The translations under genes were made by a program, and so were the position numbers. From positions 132,372,001-132,436,000 of the forward strand of contig NC_058368.1 in the NCBI RefSeq assembly GCF_018350175.1: DNA of 64,000 nt, given 5' to 3'. Shown in pieces: positions 39,491 to 53,530 of this stretch; positions within the stretch are counted from its first letter, which is position 1, and each line of letters starts with the position of its first letter. Source of the stretch: Felis catus. Its lineage: Eukaryota. The notes under the pieces are model-generated. The model worked only from the letters and a program-made list of their open reading frames with translations, was not told where the DNA came from and searched no databases.

Positions 39491-41099
39491 AAATGGTCAA
39501 AATCCTTTCTGCATTAACATAATTCCAATTTCTTTTGCTCAGTCTTCCATGATCCTAAAACCACTCATGTATTCAAATCATGCCTTGTTTTCCCTTTCTC
39601 TGGATGGACAGCCTAAATGTCTAAATATAGGATTTAATTTCCATTATTTTGTCATTTTCACTTCTCTGATCCATCCAATTTCTCCTTATATTTATTTCAA
39701 GTACTATGAAAAGAATTAGACATTATTGGGCAAAATAAACACAGCAACGCTGTTTCTCATTAAATAGCATTCAGTATAAGGTAGCTACTGTTATCATCAT
39801 TTTCATAAATTTCAGACTTACATTGTTAGTTTGCTTATCACTCCATCAGATAAATGTATATATAATGTCTTTAATGGACATTCTTTTTTTTTTTAAGTTT
39901 ATTTATTTATTTTGATAGAGAGCATGTGCAAATGAGACAGGGGCACAGAGAGAGAGGGAGAGAAAGAGAATCCCAAGCCGACTCTACAAGGCCAGCACAT
40001 CTTCTTTATCCATTTGTCAGTTGATGGACATTTAGGCTCTTTCCATAATTTGGCTATTATTGAAAGTGCTGCTGTAAACATTGGGGTACAAGTGCCCCTA
40101 GGCCTCAGCACTCCTCTGGTTTCATTTTAAAAATTAAATCAATCCAGCATGATTAGATCATTACAAACCAGTATCTACATTCTGTAATTGTCAATTGTTT
40201 AATGTTAAGTTTAATCATCTGTACTAATATCTTTTTTAGTCTAATATAGGATATGCAATTGACTTAATTTTATTTCATAACAAAGATTTGTAGATATTCA
40301 AATGATACTCCTTACATATGCTTTGCTCAATTTAATTTTGCATAGAATATAGAATGTTAAAGAAAATACTCCTCCATAAACATATACAATAAATAACTTT
40401 TCCCCAAAACCAAACACATGGATCTCTTTGCCACCTGATATAAGATCTTATATTTTTCATCAATCTCAAAATATGTTTAAATGCATACAGTCATTCACAA
40501 TTAATGCACTGACCTGCTTTATTTTTCACTAAAAGCACTATTACTTCTTGGTACTTGGCTATGTATTTGTTTCCTTGGTTGATTTTTTAGTTAACTGTCT
40601 CTCTTTACTAGAATACAAGCTTCATGGGAGCAGAAACTTTTCCTGTTTTATTTATTGCTGCATATCCAATATCTAGCCTGGCACATACATGCTAAATGAA
40701 TATTTATCTAATAAATACATAAGTAAATCATGCAGGTACAGAGACATAATAATATCTGTAACAATGGATAATAGGAGCATTCAGTTATACCTGGGTAATG
40801 GTAAAGGAGCAACTTTCACTTCCTTGTTTTTCTTTTTATCACATACTTACTAAATTTTCTACAAAAAAACAGGTATTTTTCATAATTTTTAAAAAATTAA
40901 TAGCATAATCTAATTAGAATGGGAAACTTTATATCTGAATATGAGACAAATATACCCACTTTCAAAATGGTTTTTCCAACTTATATTTTGATATAAAATT
41001 GAGTTCCCAATAACCAGTTAATTGGCAATTAATACCCATAAATGCACATGTCATTTGAATTATGCTGTCAAAATAGTATCAGAATTAAGATCAGTAGTT

Positions 41100-41327
41100 C
41101 TTTTTTTTTCTTTTTAAAATATTTTTTTAATGTTTATTTATTTTTGAAAGAGAGAGAGAAACAGCACAAGTAGGGTAGGGGAAGAGACAAAATCAAAGAA
41201 TCCAAAGAAAGCTCCAGGCTCCAAGCTGTCAGCACAGAGCCCGATGCGGGACTCGAACTCATGAGCTGTAAGATCATGACCTGAGCCAAAGTTGGCCACT
41301 TAACTGACTGAGCCACCCAGGCACCCC
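41100..41327 (-). mobile_element. CAN-SINE
   Basis: SINE consensus; TSD aagatcagtagttctt on both sides. Confidence 0.92.
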
Positions 41328-43345
41328 AAGATCAGTAGTTCTTAACCAGACCTATCTCAAACTCATTAAACACAAAATACCTTTTCTAGTGATATTCCTA
41401 TGGAACTACTATAATGTTTTCCACTCATGGGAAGCCAGTGAAGTGTTTGAAGGTGTATAATTAAACTAGATTTAAGAGAAAACACACTAAAGACAGAACA
41501 ACAAACCTGAAGACAGGAAGACCAATTAGAAAGTCATCATAGTGGTATAGGCAAGAGATAACAGGGGTCTGAACTAAATGGACTGGTGTTAAAGGTAACA
41601 GGAATGACTGGTGAATAGATTAAAAGTTAGGAAATAGTCACAGTAATCCACTCAAGATTTTTTAGTTACTCAAGAATATCTCATTGGCCTGCATTATTTT
41701 CCACTAATAACACAGTAATCTAGGGGGAGAGACTGTGGAAAAAGAAAATCTTCCCCAAAAAGGGAAGAATTTTATGATGGCACTAAGAGTGGATTTGCTG
41801 CACTATTTGACTCGTGCTTAAACCTTAGAAAAAGAAGGATCTGCCCCAGTAAGGCCAGTGAATAATAAGATAGGCACTTCAAAAGAGGATAACTTGAATA
41901 TCTAAGGGTCAAGAGATATTTTTCAGAATATTATGAAATCATTAAGTATTTTTGCAAAAAGTGATCTTTAAGATCATGAAGTGAAGGATGTCATATTACA
42001 GCAAAAGTGATGAGAAAACTGTTTCACAATAAACAACTAAATATTTTAATCCTAGTTTTTCAAGAATGTATATATAGTTGTAATTATAGCCTAAATTTTG
42101 CTAAATTTAAGAAAAACTAAACTATTTCCATAATATTTAGTTTCATTACTCAATGAATATTCTTTCACTGTTTCCTATGAAATTTTATTTCATGTCTTAA
42201 GTGGATTCACTTTAAGTCGCCTTTTTCTAGTACCAATTATTCTTCATCAAGAAGGACCTTCCAGAGATTACTCATGAAGAGAATATGCAAAAAGAGAACA
42301 GTCAGCTGAAGAAAGAACTCCAAAGAGCACTTATATTTGAAGCAGAAGGAGCCCAAGAAGCATATGGATATAAACTAAATAGTGACGCATCCACTAATTC
42401 ATAAGATAACCCATTCTATTTTGTATAAATCTACTTGTTGAACCTATACCATTTTTTCCTAAAATCATTTGTTGGTGAACTTTTCTTTGTATTAAGCTAA
42501 AATGTGCTTCTGAAATACTCTACCTCTGGTTTTAGCTACTAGAACTACACAGAACAAATCTAATCTTCTTCTTTTTTTTTTTTTTTTTAAGATTTTAAGT
42601 AATCTCTACACCCAGCATGGGGCTTGAACTCACAACCCTGAAATCAAGAGTTGCACGCTCCACTGACTGAGCCAGCCAGGCACTCCTAATTTTTTTTTAA
42701 TACAAAAGTTCTTTAAATACTAGAAACAGTCATCTCAATAATAATGATAGCAAAATTACATGTGAGTGATTAATGTGTGCTGAAAGAAGTACTCAGACAG
42801 GCTGGGTAGTTTGTCCAAAGCTAGAGTAAACCACATTCTTTCTATCATGCCAAGCCAAAATATCCTCTATTTTGTAAGTTTTCTAATCTTTAGACTAAAG
42901 AGCCTCCTAACTCCTTACCTCTAGTCTTGCTCTTCTCTTATTCAGTCTCTATAGGACTGCCAGGATAATATTTCTAACACCCAAGTCTGATCATGTGATT
43001 CCTATTGCTTAACACCTTTCAATGGGTTTCCAGCACACTTAAGATAAACAAACTCCTTAACATGGTTTACAAGCCCTTTGTGTCTGGGCCCTCCTTGTCA
43101 CTTCAGTGTCATCTCTCACTGCCACTTCTCACCCAGTGTGAAATTCACTCCTATCCCTGCAGCCCACATTCTAATATGTATCCTGTTATAGGAACTGGTA
43201 ATGACTGCAATGTGACATTCTCTCTTTTGGTTCAGAAACTTTGTAAATGCTATTTCCTCTATGTGGAACACTTTACCCACATTTCTTCCACTTGTGCACA
43301 GCTACCTTCTTTCTCCGTCAGGCCCCAGCTTAGAATTCACTTCCT

Positions 43346-44715
43346 GGCACAAAAACAGGCACTCAGATCAATGGAACAGAATAGAGAACCCAGAAATGGA
43401 CCCACAAACGTATGGCCAACTAATCTTTGACAAAGCAGGAAAGACTATCCAATGGAATAAAGACAGTCTATTCAGCAAGTGGTGCTGGGAAAACTGGACA
43501 GCGACATGCAGAAGAATGAACCTGGACCACTTTCTTACACCATACACAAAAATAAACTCAAAATAGATGAAAGACCTAAATGTAAGACAGGAAGCTATCA
43601 AAATCCTCAAGGACAAAGCAGGCAAAAACCTCTTTGACCTCAGCCGCAGCAACTTCTTACTCAACACGTCTCCGAAGGCAAGGGAAACAAAAGCAAAAAT
43701 GAACTACTGGGACCTCATCAAAATAAAAAGCTTCTGTTCAGTGAAGATAACAATCAGCAAAACTAAAAGGCAACCAACAAAACGGGAGAAGATATTTGCA
43801 AATGACACAGCAGATAAAGTGTTAGTATCCAGAATCTATAAAGAACTTATCAAACTCAACACCCTAAAAACAAATAATCCAGGGAAGAAATGGGCAAAAG
43901 ACATGAAAAGACACTTCTCCAAAAGAGACATCCAGATGGCCAACCGACACATGAAAAAATGCTCAACATCACTCATCATCTGGGAAATACAAATCAAAAC
44001 CACAATGAGATACCACCTCACACCTGTCAGATGGCTAACATTAACCACTCAGGCAACAACAGATGTTGGTGAGGATGCGGAGAAAGAGGATCTCTTTTGC
44101 ACTGCTGGTGGGAATGCAAACTGGTGCAGCCACTCTGGAAAAGAGTATGGAGGTTCCCCTCAAAATTAAAAATAGAACTGCCCTACAACCCAGCAATTGC
44201 ACTACTAGTTATCTACGCCAGGGATACAGGTATGCTGTTTGGAAGGGACACATGCACCCCAATGTTTATAGCAGCATTATCAACAATAGCCAAAATATGG
44301 AAAGAGCCCAAATGTCCATTGATGGATGAATGGAAAAAGATGTGGTATATATATACAATGGAGTATTGCTCAGCAATCAAAACGAATGAAATTTTGCCAT
44401 TTGCAACTACATGGATGCAATTTTGCTTATGCTAAGTGAAATTAGTCCAAGACAAATATCATATGACTTCACTCATATGAGGACTTTAAAACACAGAACA
44501 GATGAACACAAGGGAAGGGAAGCAAAAATAATATAAAAATAGGGAGGGGGACAAAACATAAGAAACAATTAAATATGGAGAACAGAGGGTTACTGGAGGG
44601 GTTATGGGAGGGGGGATGGGCTAAATGGTAAGAAGCATTAAGGAATCTATTCCTGAAATCATTGTTGCACCCTATGCTAACTAATTTGGATGTAAATTAA
44701 AAAAATTTTAAAAAA
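43346..44715 (+). mobile_element. 5'-truncated carnivore LINE-1 (ORF2 C-terminus, 3'UTR, A-rich tail), disrupted, inserted into an L2 relic
   Basis: ORFs 43261-44435 give L1 ORF2 motifs ([31 protein letters not shown]) broken by a stop and frameshifts. TSD agaattcacttcct 43332-43345 / agaagtcacttcct 44716-44729. Confidence 0.95.
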
Positions 44716-45103
44716 AGAAGTCACTTCCTCCATGAAGCCTTTTTTGACCACTAATGTCCCTGCTGTATGTTTCTTTTTTTTTCTTTTAAGACATTTCTTC
44801 AATTTTATTTATTTATTTTTTTAATGTTTATTTATTTAATTTGAGAGAGAGAGAGAGAGCAAGAGAAAGTGCGTGTGAGTGCATGTGGGGTAGGGGCAGA
44901 GAGAGATGGAAAGAGAGAATTCCAAATATGAGTGAAATTCTATGGCATTTGGATAGGTGACATCTTTTAAAAGAATTCTGGGTATTATCATTCTAATTGC
45001 CCAAATTCCTATTTACACTTATTATTAACCTCACTTACCATAGTGTCAGAAGAAAGAGAGTGGCAATACAATAAAATAGACTTTGTAAAAAACCACACAC
45101 TCA

Positions 45104-45277
<174 letters not shown>

Positions 45278-46572
45278 CTAAAAGAAAAAGAAACAAAGAA
45301 TTTACCAGGAAGGATCATTTTAAATATTAATTATCATTTATTAACAAAAGTCAAAAATAAGTTGATATCTCTCCGAAAAGAAGTTACAATGCATGTTAAT
45401 AGAAATTTAGTGGATTATCTGTACCTAGCAAGACCTTCTATAAATTTACGTATACTTTAAAAAGGACATTTAAATTCTTCTACATGCCCCCATGCCTTGT
45501 ACTAAACATGACACATGTATTTCCTCCAATCTTCCCCAAAACTCTTTAATGAAGCAAAGACCTCTTTGTGTTCACTAAAACTTGTTTCCTTTCCAAGTTG
45601 TGCACCACATCTTCTGTGTTCAGGTATAGCTCCGTTCAAGTTTTGGCCAAAGGAAAACAGGCAGATACTATACACCACTTTTAAGCCCAGCCCGTGAAAA
45701 CCTTCCCCAGGAGAATTCTCTACTCTTTCTGAAAAACTACCCACAGAAGGCAGACGCTGAAAGAGAAGCAATCTGGGTCACTGAGTGACTTCATGGAAAG
45801 CTTTCCAACATAAACACCAATATAGGGGAAAAATTAATCTCTATTGTGATAAACTACTGACATTTTAAGATTTATGTTACACCACTTAATATGTACTTAA
45901 CTGATATACATCCGATATATCCCCATTTTGCAGACCAAGTAACAGGCTCAGAGGTTAAGAACCTCCCCAGCATTATATAGAGATAGATGTAGGAGCTGCA
46001 ATTCACAGAAGCTTTGCTCTTGTTCATATGACATACTCCTTACACCTATTTATGTAGCCAAGTACAGAGCTCAACCACAGCTCCTTTTTAAAAATTTCTC
46101 TAGTCCAAATGAAGTAGCAGCACCCACTTCTGAGCTCCAAAAGAGCTTATTATTGGTATCATTCTTTATAATTAATTCCACACTTCCTTGCTACATTTCA
46201 AGTATTGAAGCTATATTTAAATTTGGTATAACATTTCTACTGCATATTTTATCTTCCCAAATGTACTATTTGCTTTTTGAAGGCAGGGGTTGTGGCTCAC
46301 TGATATAATTCTTCATATCAGTTACAGTCATAGAAAGTATCTCCTATGTAGTATGAACACCAAATAAAAGTTGGCTGATTAAAAGAAATGAGATAGAAAA
46401 AGTTATCTGCATTAGAAATAAGACCTTCCATAATGGTCCAATAGTGTTTTCTTAAATATGGCACATGTGAAGACTGCTCTTAATCCAACTAATTTATCCT
46501 GTAACACTGGATAAAACACAAACTCTCTGGGTGTATTTCCTCGGCTGGAAAAATGAAAGAGTTGGTGTAAAT

Positions 46573-46790
46573 TAGTGGTTTTAAAACAGCACTCTGGGGA
46601 GCCCTAAGGGTTTCAGGAAAGTGCCCTCAGGGGATTGCCCCAGACAACAAAGGGAGACCTATAGGGCTTGGATTCCTGGGCTCAGCAATTGGCTGTGTTT
46701 TTATTAATCTATATAGTATGTTTCCACATAACATTTCATTTGAGGAGAGGGTTTTGCTGTTTTAAAAAGAAAAAAGCTGGAAATCTCTGG
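46573..46790. mobile_element. Short hAT-type non-autonomous element inserted in a MIR
   Basis: Ends tagtggttttaaaac / gctggaaatctctg form degenerate TIRs. The flanks ttcctcggctggaaaaatg and gataatctctaaggttcctt are contiguous MIR-type core sequence. Confidence 0.5.
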
Positions 46791-47860
46791 TCCAGATAAT
46801 CTCTAAGGTTCCTTTGAATCTAAACCTCTATGATTGTGTTTAGGGAAATTCATGTTAAGTACCACATGCTTGGAAAGAAAGATAAGACATAATCAGAACT
46901 GCTCTAATTTATAGATGAAGTTGGCAGGCACCCACGAAATGAGCTAAGGAATGCAAAAAACAAAAAACAGGGATTAGGTACTTCATGTTATTTTCACCAT
47001 TGTTTGCTTTACTTTAAGTGTATTAGTCCCTAAATTAAGTACAAATACTGACAGGCCTAACATAATATGCCATTAACAAACTCTAATACCTGAGCATGAA
47101 TTACATTACTAGGAAGATTAACAGCGTGGTAGCAAACTGAGCAAGCATGGTTCCTGCAGAAAAGAGGGCATGTTTAAGAAGTTTTTATAAGAGAGAAGTG
47201 TACGAAGTGGGGTTGGAGAGTACTGCCCAGAAAGGGTGGAGCACTAAAATCATATCATGCTAAACTGTGGGCAGAAGGATGTTGAAAGGTCCCAGACAAG
47301 AAGTTCAGGTTGCTGGGGAAAAACAGAGTCAGAAGCCTGGTAAGTAAACAAAATCTCTAGTTTCAAGAATGGAAAGACTCTGGAAAAAAATCCAGAGATT
47401 TTGTGTTACGTACTCTGGGAGATGTTTATACTCATTATCTCATTTAACCTTAACAGTTCTCTGAAGTAAGTACTACTATCAGCTCGACTTTGCAGATGAG
47501 AAACAGAGACTGAACAAAGTTAAGTAACCAACTCATTCAATTGACTTCGGTGCTTGGATTCTTAGCCATTATAGTATAATCCCCTTACCCTCTGAGAGTT
47601 GTTTCTGACTTTACTTTTTCTTTCTTTCACCAAAGATGATCTGAGTGCCTATCACATAGGCAAGTACTATTCTACGTGGTGGGGATGCAGTTTTTTTGTT
47701 TGTTTGTTTGTTTGTTTTGTAGCCACCACAGAAGCAGTCAGATCTTTATTTCCCTTTCAGAGTGACTAATAAGAGAGCAAAATTATAATAATGGCTAACC
47801 ATTCTAAAGTGCCTACCATGTATCAGATACTGCTCTTACTCTCTCTATAAATACACAGTT

Positions 47861-47863
<3 letters not shown>

Positions 47864-47903
<40 letters not shown>

Positions 47904-47984
47904 GGACACACACATTTATATAAATACATATATACAGTTTATATATACACACACGTGTGTGTGTGTGTGTGCATGTGTGTGTGT
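47864..47984. repeat. Compound (CA)n/(TA)n/(TG)n microsatellite
   Basis: CA run 47864-47900 followed by a TG run 47955-47984. Confidence 0.95.
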
Positions 47985-48589
47985 TCCACTTAAACCTCAA
48001 AACAACCCTACAAGACTTTTGTCATAATTGTCTTCATTTTATGGATAAGGAAATTGAAGTATATAGAATAAGATCATTGAGTAAATAATTGGCCATGACT
48101 GGGATATGGCTACTGTGATTCGAGACCTGACATCGTTAACACAAGGCTCTACTGCCTCACTGGGGCAACCATTCAACTTACTTACATGGAGCTTACATTT
48201 CGGTGGAAGGAGCTAGACAAAAGGAATTCATTCACCAGATAAATGACCAATCAGGTAGTGTTAAATGTTAAGAAAAAATAAGAAAGCAGTGTAAGAAGAC
48301 AGAGAGTAATCAGAAGTGAAGGAAGTATACACACTGCTTCAGATGGTCAGGGACATCCTCTCTAATAAGGTGATATCTGGACAGAAACTGAACAAAATTA
48401 AAGGAGCAATCTTATGAAAGACCAGATCAGACAGTGGGAATGGCGAACACAAAGGCAATATATAAGCATGCATACAGAATATAGCAAAGAGCTACTGTGG
48501 CTAGAGGGGAGAAAAGGAAAAAATGATTTTGAACTTAGAAAGGTGTTTGAGGGTAGAAGATGGAGGACCTGAATTAAGTGCGGGTCCCA

Positions 48590-51500
48590 GTAATTTGCAC
48601 GTGCCTAGCAAGAGCCCTGCTCTCACTTCCCTCAGCATCCCCACTCATCCCTACACTGTCTGCCTCAGGCCATCAGGATCAAAATCATCATGTCCTCTTT
48701 CCCTGACAACACAGACCCTACAAGAAGCCCAAGACCCAACCCCTGGATTCTAGTCCCCATATGGTTATGTGCATCATGTTTTCAGATCTCGTATCCTACT
48801 CTCCCCTTTCGCCATTTAAAACACATCCACTGTGCCTCCTCAAACACGCTCAGCTGCATTTGTGAATATTCACTTCTTTTTGCTCAAACACCTGAATCTC
48901 TCTAAATGACACTCTTTCTTCCCTGTAATCCTCTGGAATGGTGGATCCTCCGCTTTCTCTCCTACCTGCCTCCTATTGGACTTGGAGTTAGGGTAAGTGT
49001 CCTTGTGATTCACTGCCATTTCTAAACAATCCCTGCTCTCTCCCGCCTCTAAAACAAAAAACCCCTCACCAGCTTCCAATCTCATGCCATCACCTTCTTC
49101 CTCCATTAGGTGCAGTTATCTACTTACTGACCCATAGTCACTTTTCCTCATTTCTTGAAGATTTTAGCTTCTGGATCAATCACTCTCTGCAATACCATTC
49201 CTGAAATAATCGTTGATTTCAGTATCTTAAGTCACCAGTTCTTAAAAGTTCTGTGTGTGTGCCCCAGATCACTTTAGAAGTCTAGTGGGGGTAAAGACTA
49301 GGGGTTACTTCTCAGAATAAAATTGTAAGCATAGAAAGAAATATATAGGATTATAAAGAAAACCAGTTGTAGTAAAATACCATTATCAAAATATTTTTAA
49401 AATGTACTATAGGAACACACATGGCTTTTTGTAAGACTTTAAATAAGAAGATGTGTAGTGGATCTAATGGCTATCATAATTTTGTAATACTGATTAACAT
49501 AAATAGTACTTTGAAGAACCTACAAAAACTGTAACATGATATGAAAATATCTATAATTTTTATTGAGGTGAACTATTACTTTATTGGTTTGTTACCTATA
49601 TTCATAATTGAAGGAAATGTTAAACTTCAGTGAAGAATTAGTAAAGATAAAGATGTCACTTTTCCCCAGTCCTGTTCACAAACCCCTTTAATTCCATTCA
49701 TGGGCCCCAGGTTAAGGGCTACTGACAGAGATGGTCTCTTCACCCATTGCTGTCTCAATTCCTTAACCCGTTCAACAAATATCTTGTCATTCACTTTATC
49801 TTAGGCATTCGGACCCACAGTACAACCCTAGAATTCAGTACTTTCAATACTTGCAACCCTGCCCAAATCTCAATTTCAAGTATCACAACCTTCTGTCTTT
49901 CCAGCACTGTCCCTCTAATACCTCCCTTCCAAGAGATAGTCCTTTTACACCCACCAGAACCCAATGATCCCACCACCTTTTCATTATCCTCCACCCACTA
50001 AATGTCCTCATTTCCCTCTTAATCCATCTTCAGTTCCACCTTCAATTCCCTTGCCCTTTTCTCCCTTCACAGAATTTATTTGGCTACACCACAACTCTGA
50101 TTAGATCAGTTTTGCTACTCTGGGCCTGCAAGCTTGCAGCCTCATTTGCCCACTGAAAGATACATCAAGACGCTGAGTAGTCTCACTTTAAATTCATAAC
50201 CATAATCTCAACTGTGCTCTTAATGCATCAAGGCAATTATACTATGTTTCTCTAATACACTCAGTATCCTGCTCACCTGGATAAACATTCTATACTTTCT
50301 TAATCCCCTAATACCTCTTAATCCCCTAATACCTCATCTTGCCATGTTCCATTCCACTAAACATCATACAACCTCCTGCAAAGTCCTACAACACAAATAC
50401 CCACCTGCCTGCATCTCATGTCCATATAATCTATTTTATTTCCTCTTATCATGGATGAACTGTCTACTCTCCTAATCACTAAGGACAGTGATTCTATTTA
50501 TGATTCCATCCCTTCTCACCTATCAAGGACATCACTAGAGAAATTTTCCTTTTCTCCACATAATCATTCCCACCTTTATCAAACAAAACATAACCTCCTC
50601 TGAACTCATTCATACCTGTAGTCACTGATCATTTCTTACTTTTCCTAAAGTCTTTAAAATAATTATATATGTACTCTTTTCTCTGTTTTCCTTAAATGCC
50701 ACTATGACTTCAGCACTGCTTTTGTCAAGGTCACCAACAACCTCCTCATTGATAAATCCAATGCAGCATTTTTCTCTTGAAATATTTCCTTCTCTTAGCT
50801 TCTAGGATTTTTGCCTGGCTTTCCTTCAACTTTCTTACTCCACTATGCTTTTTGGTCTCCTCCACATCTTTCTGAGCTCCCTAACCTCCTGGAGTGTCCA
50901 AAGGTTCATTTCCTTAAACCACTTTTCTTTTAACTTCTTCTTTATTCTATCTACATTATTCCCCCACCCCAAGCAATTTCATATAACCTCCTGGCTTTAA
51001 ATACCATCTATATATTGATGACTCCAAAATTTATAACTCCATAATTCACATTTCTCTGCCAAATTCCAGGCTTGTATACCCACCATCTTATACAACACCT
51101 CACGTTTAACATGTCCAACTGAACTCATTGATACATATCACCCCACAATCTTGTCCTCCTACAGCTTTTCCATCTCAGTAAATGCCTGAGTCTTTCTCAT
51201 CTCAACTGATGGCTGCTTTATTCTTCTAGTTGCTCAGGCCTCAAGCTTGGAGTCATGGATTTTATCCTGACTGTGTCCTCTAAAACCTACCATCTGGCCT
51301 CCAGTTCTCTTTTTAACCTCATCTTCCATTACACTTCCTCTCTTTCACTGAGTTCCAGCCTGGGCAATCTTGCTGTCCCCCAAACACTCTTAGATCAAAT
51401 CTTTGTACTTGAAGATTTCCACCTGGAAATCCTATTCTTTGGATGTCAGCTTCCCTTCCTCATTTTCCTTAGGTCTTTACTCACTATTTTTTCTACCTGA

Positions 51501-51690
51501 GAACTTATCATTATCCAACATACTGTGATTTTTATCTACTTATCTGACTGTGTATCTTCTCCAAGAGAATACAAGTTTTGTGATGATAGGGATTTCTCCT
51601 TTGTTCACTGTCGTACTCCTAGCACCTAGAATAGTGTCTATTATACATGATAGGTACTTATAAATATTTGGTGTGTGGATGAATGAATAA
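48590..51690 (+). mobile_element. Long L2 element relic, interrupted by a hAT element
   Basis: About 3 kb of pyrimidine-rich sequence with L2 hallmarks (gtcaaggtcaccaacaacctcc; ggctttaaataccatctatat), ending in the L2 tail cctagcacctagaatagtg...ataaatatttg...gaatgaat. Confidence 0.75.
49235..49724. mobile_element. hAT-Charlie DNA transposon relic (Charlie4a-like) nested in the L2
   Basis: Degenerate terminal inverted repeats (cagttcttaa... / ...ccaggttaagggctactg) around an AT-rich core (cttctcagaataa...taggattataaagaaaacca). Confidence 0.6.
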
Positions 51691-51719
51691 TGGAAAATGC
51701 AGAAAAACAACTCTGGGCA

Positions 51720-53150
51720 TAGCTAAGAAATAAGAATAAAATGTAAAGAAAGGAACAATCAAAAAGGGAGATCTCTTGAAAATTAGAACCATGACTGCTT
51801 GTAATTTTTAAATCAACTGAAGGAAAAGAAGGCAAAACTGGATAAATCTCATATATAGAACTTAGCACAAAAAAGAAAAACATGGAAAAAGAGAAGGACA
51901 AGGGAAGTAAAGAACCAACTACAAAAATGCAGGGGGTAGGTAACAAGAAAAGAAAAATACTAAGGAAATTTTGTTTTCAATTTCTCTAAGCTGAAGGAGT
52001 GTCTGTCTTTACATTGAAAGCATCCATTAAATATGAAGTAAGGATAAGGAAACAAGACCCATAGCTTACCACATTAATAAAATTCTTGAAATAGAAAGGA
52101 TAAAGAGAAGACCATATCACATATCACCTTCATTGAGGAAAATTCTTAGGGAAAAAAAAAAGAAAAGAACAAGAAGCAGATGTCTGTCACCCAAAATGAA
52201 TCAATGCTAATTTTTTTAAAGATCTTTAAATCTTTTGGGGCGCCTGGGTGGCGCAGTCGGTTAAGCGTCCGACTTCAGCCAGGTCACGATCTCGCGGTCC
52301 GTGAGTTCGAGCCCCGCGTCGGGCTCTGGGCTGATGGCTCAGAGCCTGGAGCCTGCTTCTGATTCTGTGTTTCCCTCTCTCTCTGCCCCTCCCCCATTCA
52401 TGCTCTGTCTCTCTCTGTCTCAAAAATAAATAAACATTAAAAAAAATTTTTTTTTAAATAAATCTTTCCCTAAGACATAAAGCCATATCATAAATTGGAT
52501 GCCCCATATTTCCCTTTCCCAATTCCACCATTCATGGTTCCAAAGAAAAATGATTTTTGAAACTAGAATTCCACATCCAGCTAAATTATTAACCAAACAC
52601 AAAAGCAACAGTAACCTTCAAATAGGCAAATGGACTCAGAAATTTTACTTCCCAGACACATTTTCTGAGGTAATTACTTGAAGATGTTCTCCAATAAAAT
52701 CATGATGTAAACTCAAAAAGAGTAAGACATAGAACTAACTAGGAAAGAAGCATCCCAAGATGAGATACGTACAGTAACTCAAAAAATTAATTAAACCAGT
52801 AGATTCCAAGAGAAAAATGCCTCCAAAGAAGAATGGGATATATTCCAAGCAATAGATACAAGGTCTAATAAAATGGATAATATTGATCATTTGGTAAAGA
52901 AATCATTATTTTTTTTTACAATAAGACAAAATAACAGTAGTTAGAAACTCTAGAAATATAAAAGCTAGAAAAGAAAGCCATGGCCCAAATATATAAAGAA
53001 AACTAAATGTGACAATATTTTGAACAACTGACAAACAATAATGTTAGGAATTGTCTTTATGGTGCAAGGATTGTAATGATGAAACAATGGGTGAGGAAAT
53101 ATGATTAGAAGACACTAATGATCTCTACATTGATATTATTTTATATAGAA
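51720..53150 (+). mobile_element. Ancient L1 ORF1/HAL1-like relic containing a young SINE
   Basis: aaatgatttttgaaactagaattccacatccagctaaatt...cttgaagatgttctcca is an ORF1-like C-terminal region. Confidence 0.5.
52237..52455 (+). mobile_element. Young feline CAN-SINE in intron 3
   Basis: CpG-intact head ggggcgcctgggtggcgcagtcggttaagcgtccg; TSD taaatcttt. Confidence 0.93.
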
Positions 53151-53172
53151 CAATTAAAAAACAGAATTGGTT

Positions 53173-53530
53173 GGGGCACCTGAGTTGGGGCACTAGCTCT
53201 TGATTTTGGCTCAGGTCATGAGACAGAGCCATGCATCAGGCTCTGCACTGACAGCTTGAAGTCCGCTTGGGATTCTCTCCTCTCTCAGTCTCTCTCTGCC
53301 TTTCCCCTCTCACACACAGGTGTATGCTCTTTCTCTCTCTCTCAAAATTAATAAACATGAAAAAAAAATTTAATCAAAAAATAAAAACAGAATTGGTTAA
53401 AAGGGCTTTTGCGGGGGCCCCTGGCTGGATCAGTCAATACAGCATGCTGACTCTTAATCTCAGGGATGTGAGTTCAAGCCCCACACGGGCACGGAGCTTA
53501 TTTAAAAAGTGGGATTTAAAAAAAAAAAAC
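53173..53530 (+). mobile_element. Two CAN-SINEs (53173-53380; short 53413-53530)
   Basis: SINE consensus; TSD aaaacagaattggtt. Confidence 0.85.

Noticed and set aside
43005..44435. Active L1 or domesticated reverse-transcriptase gene
   Set aside because: 5'-truncated, lacks the endonuclease and RT core, and has an in-frame stop at 43564-43566 plus frameshifts.
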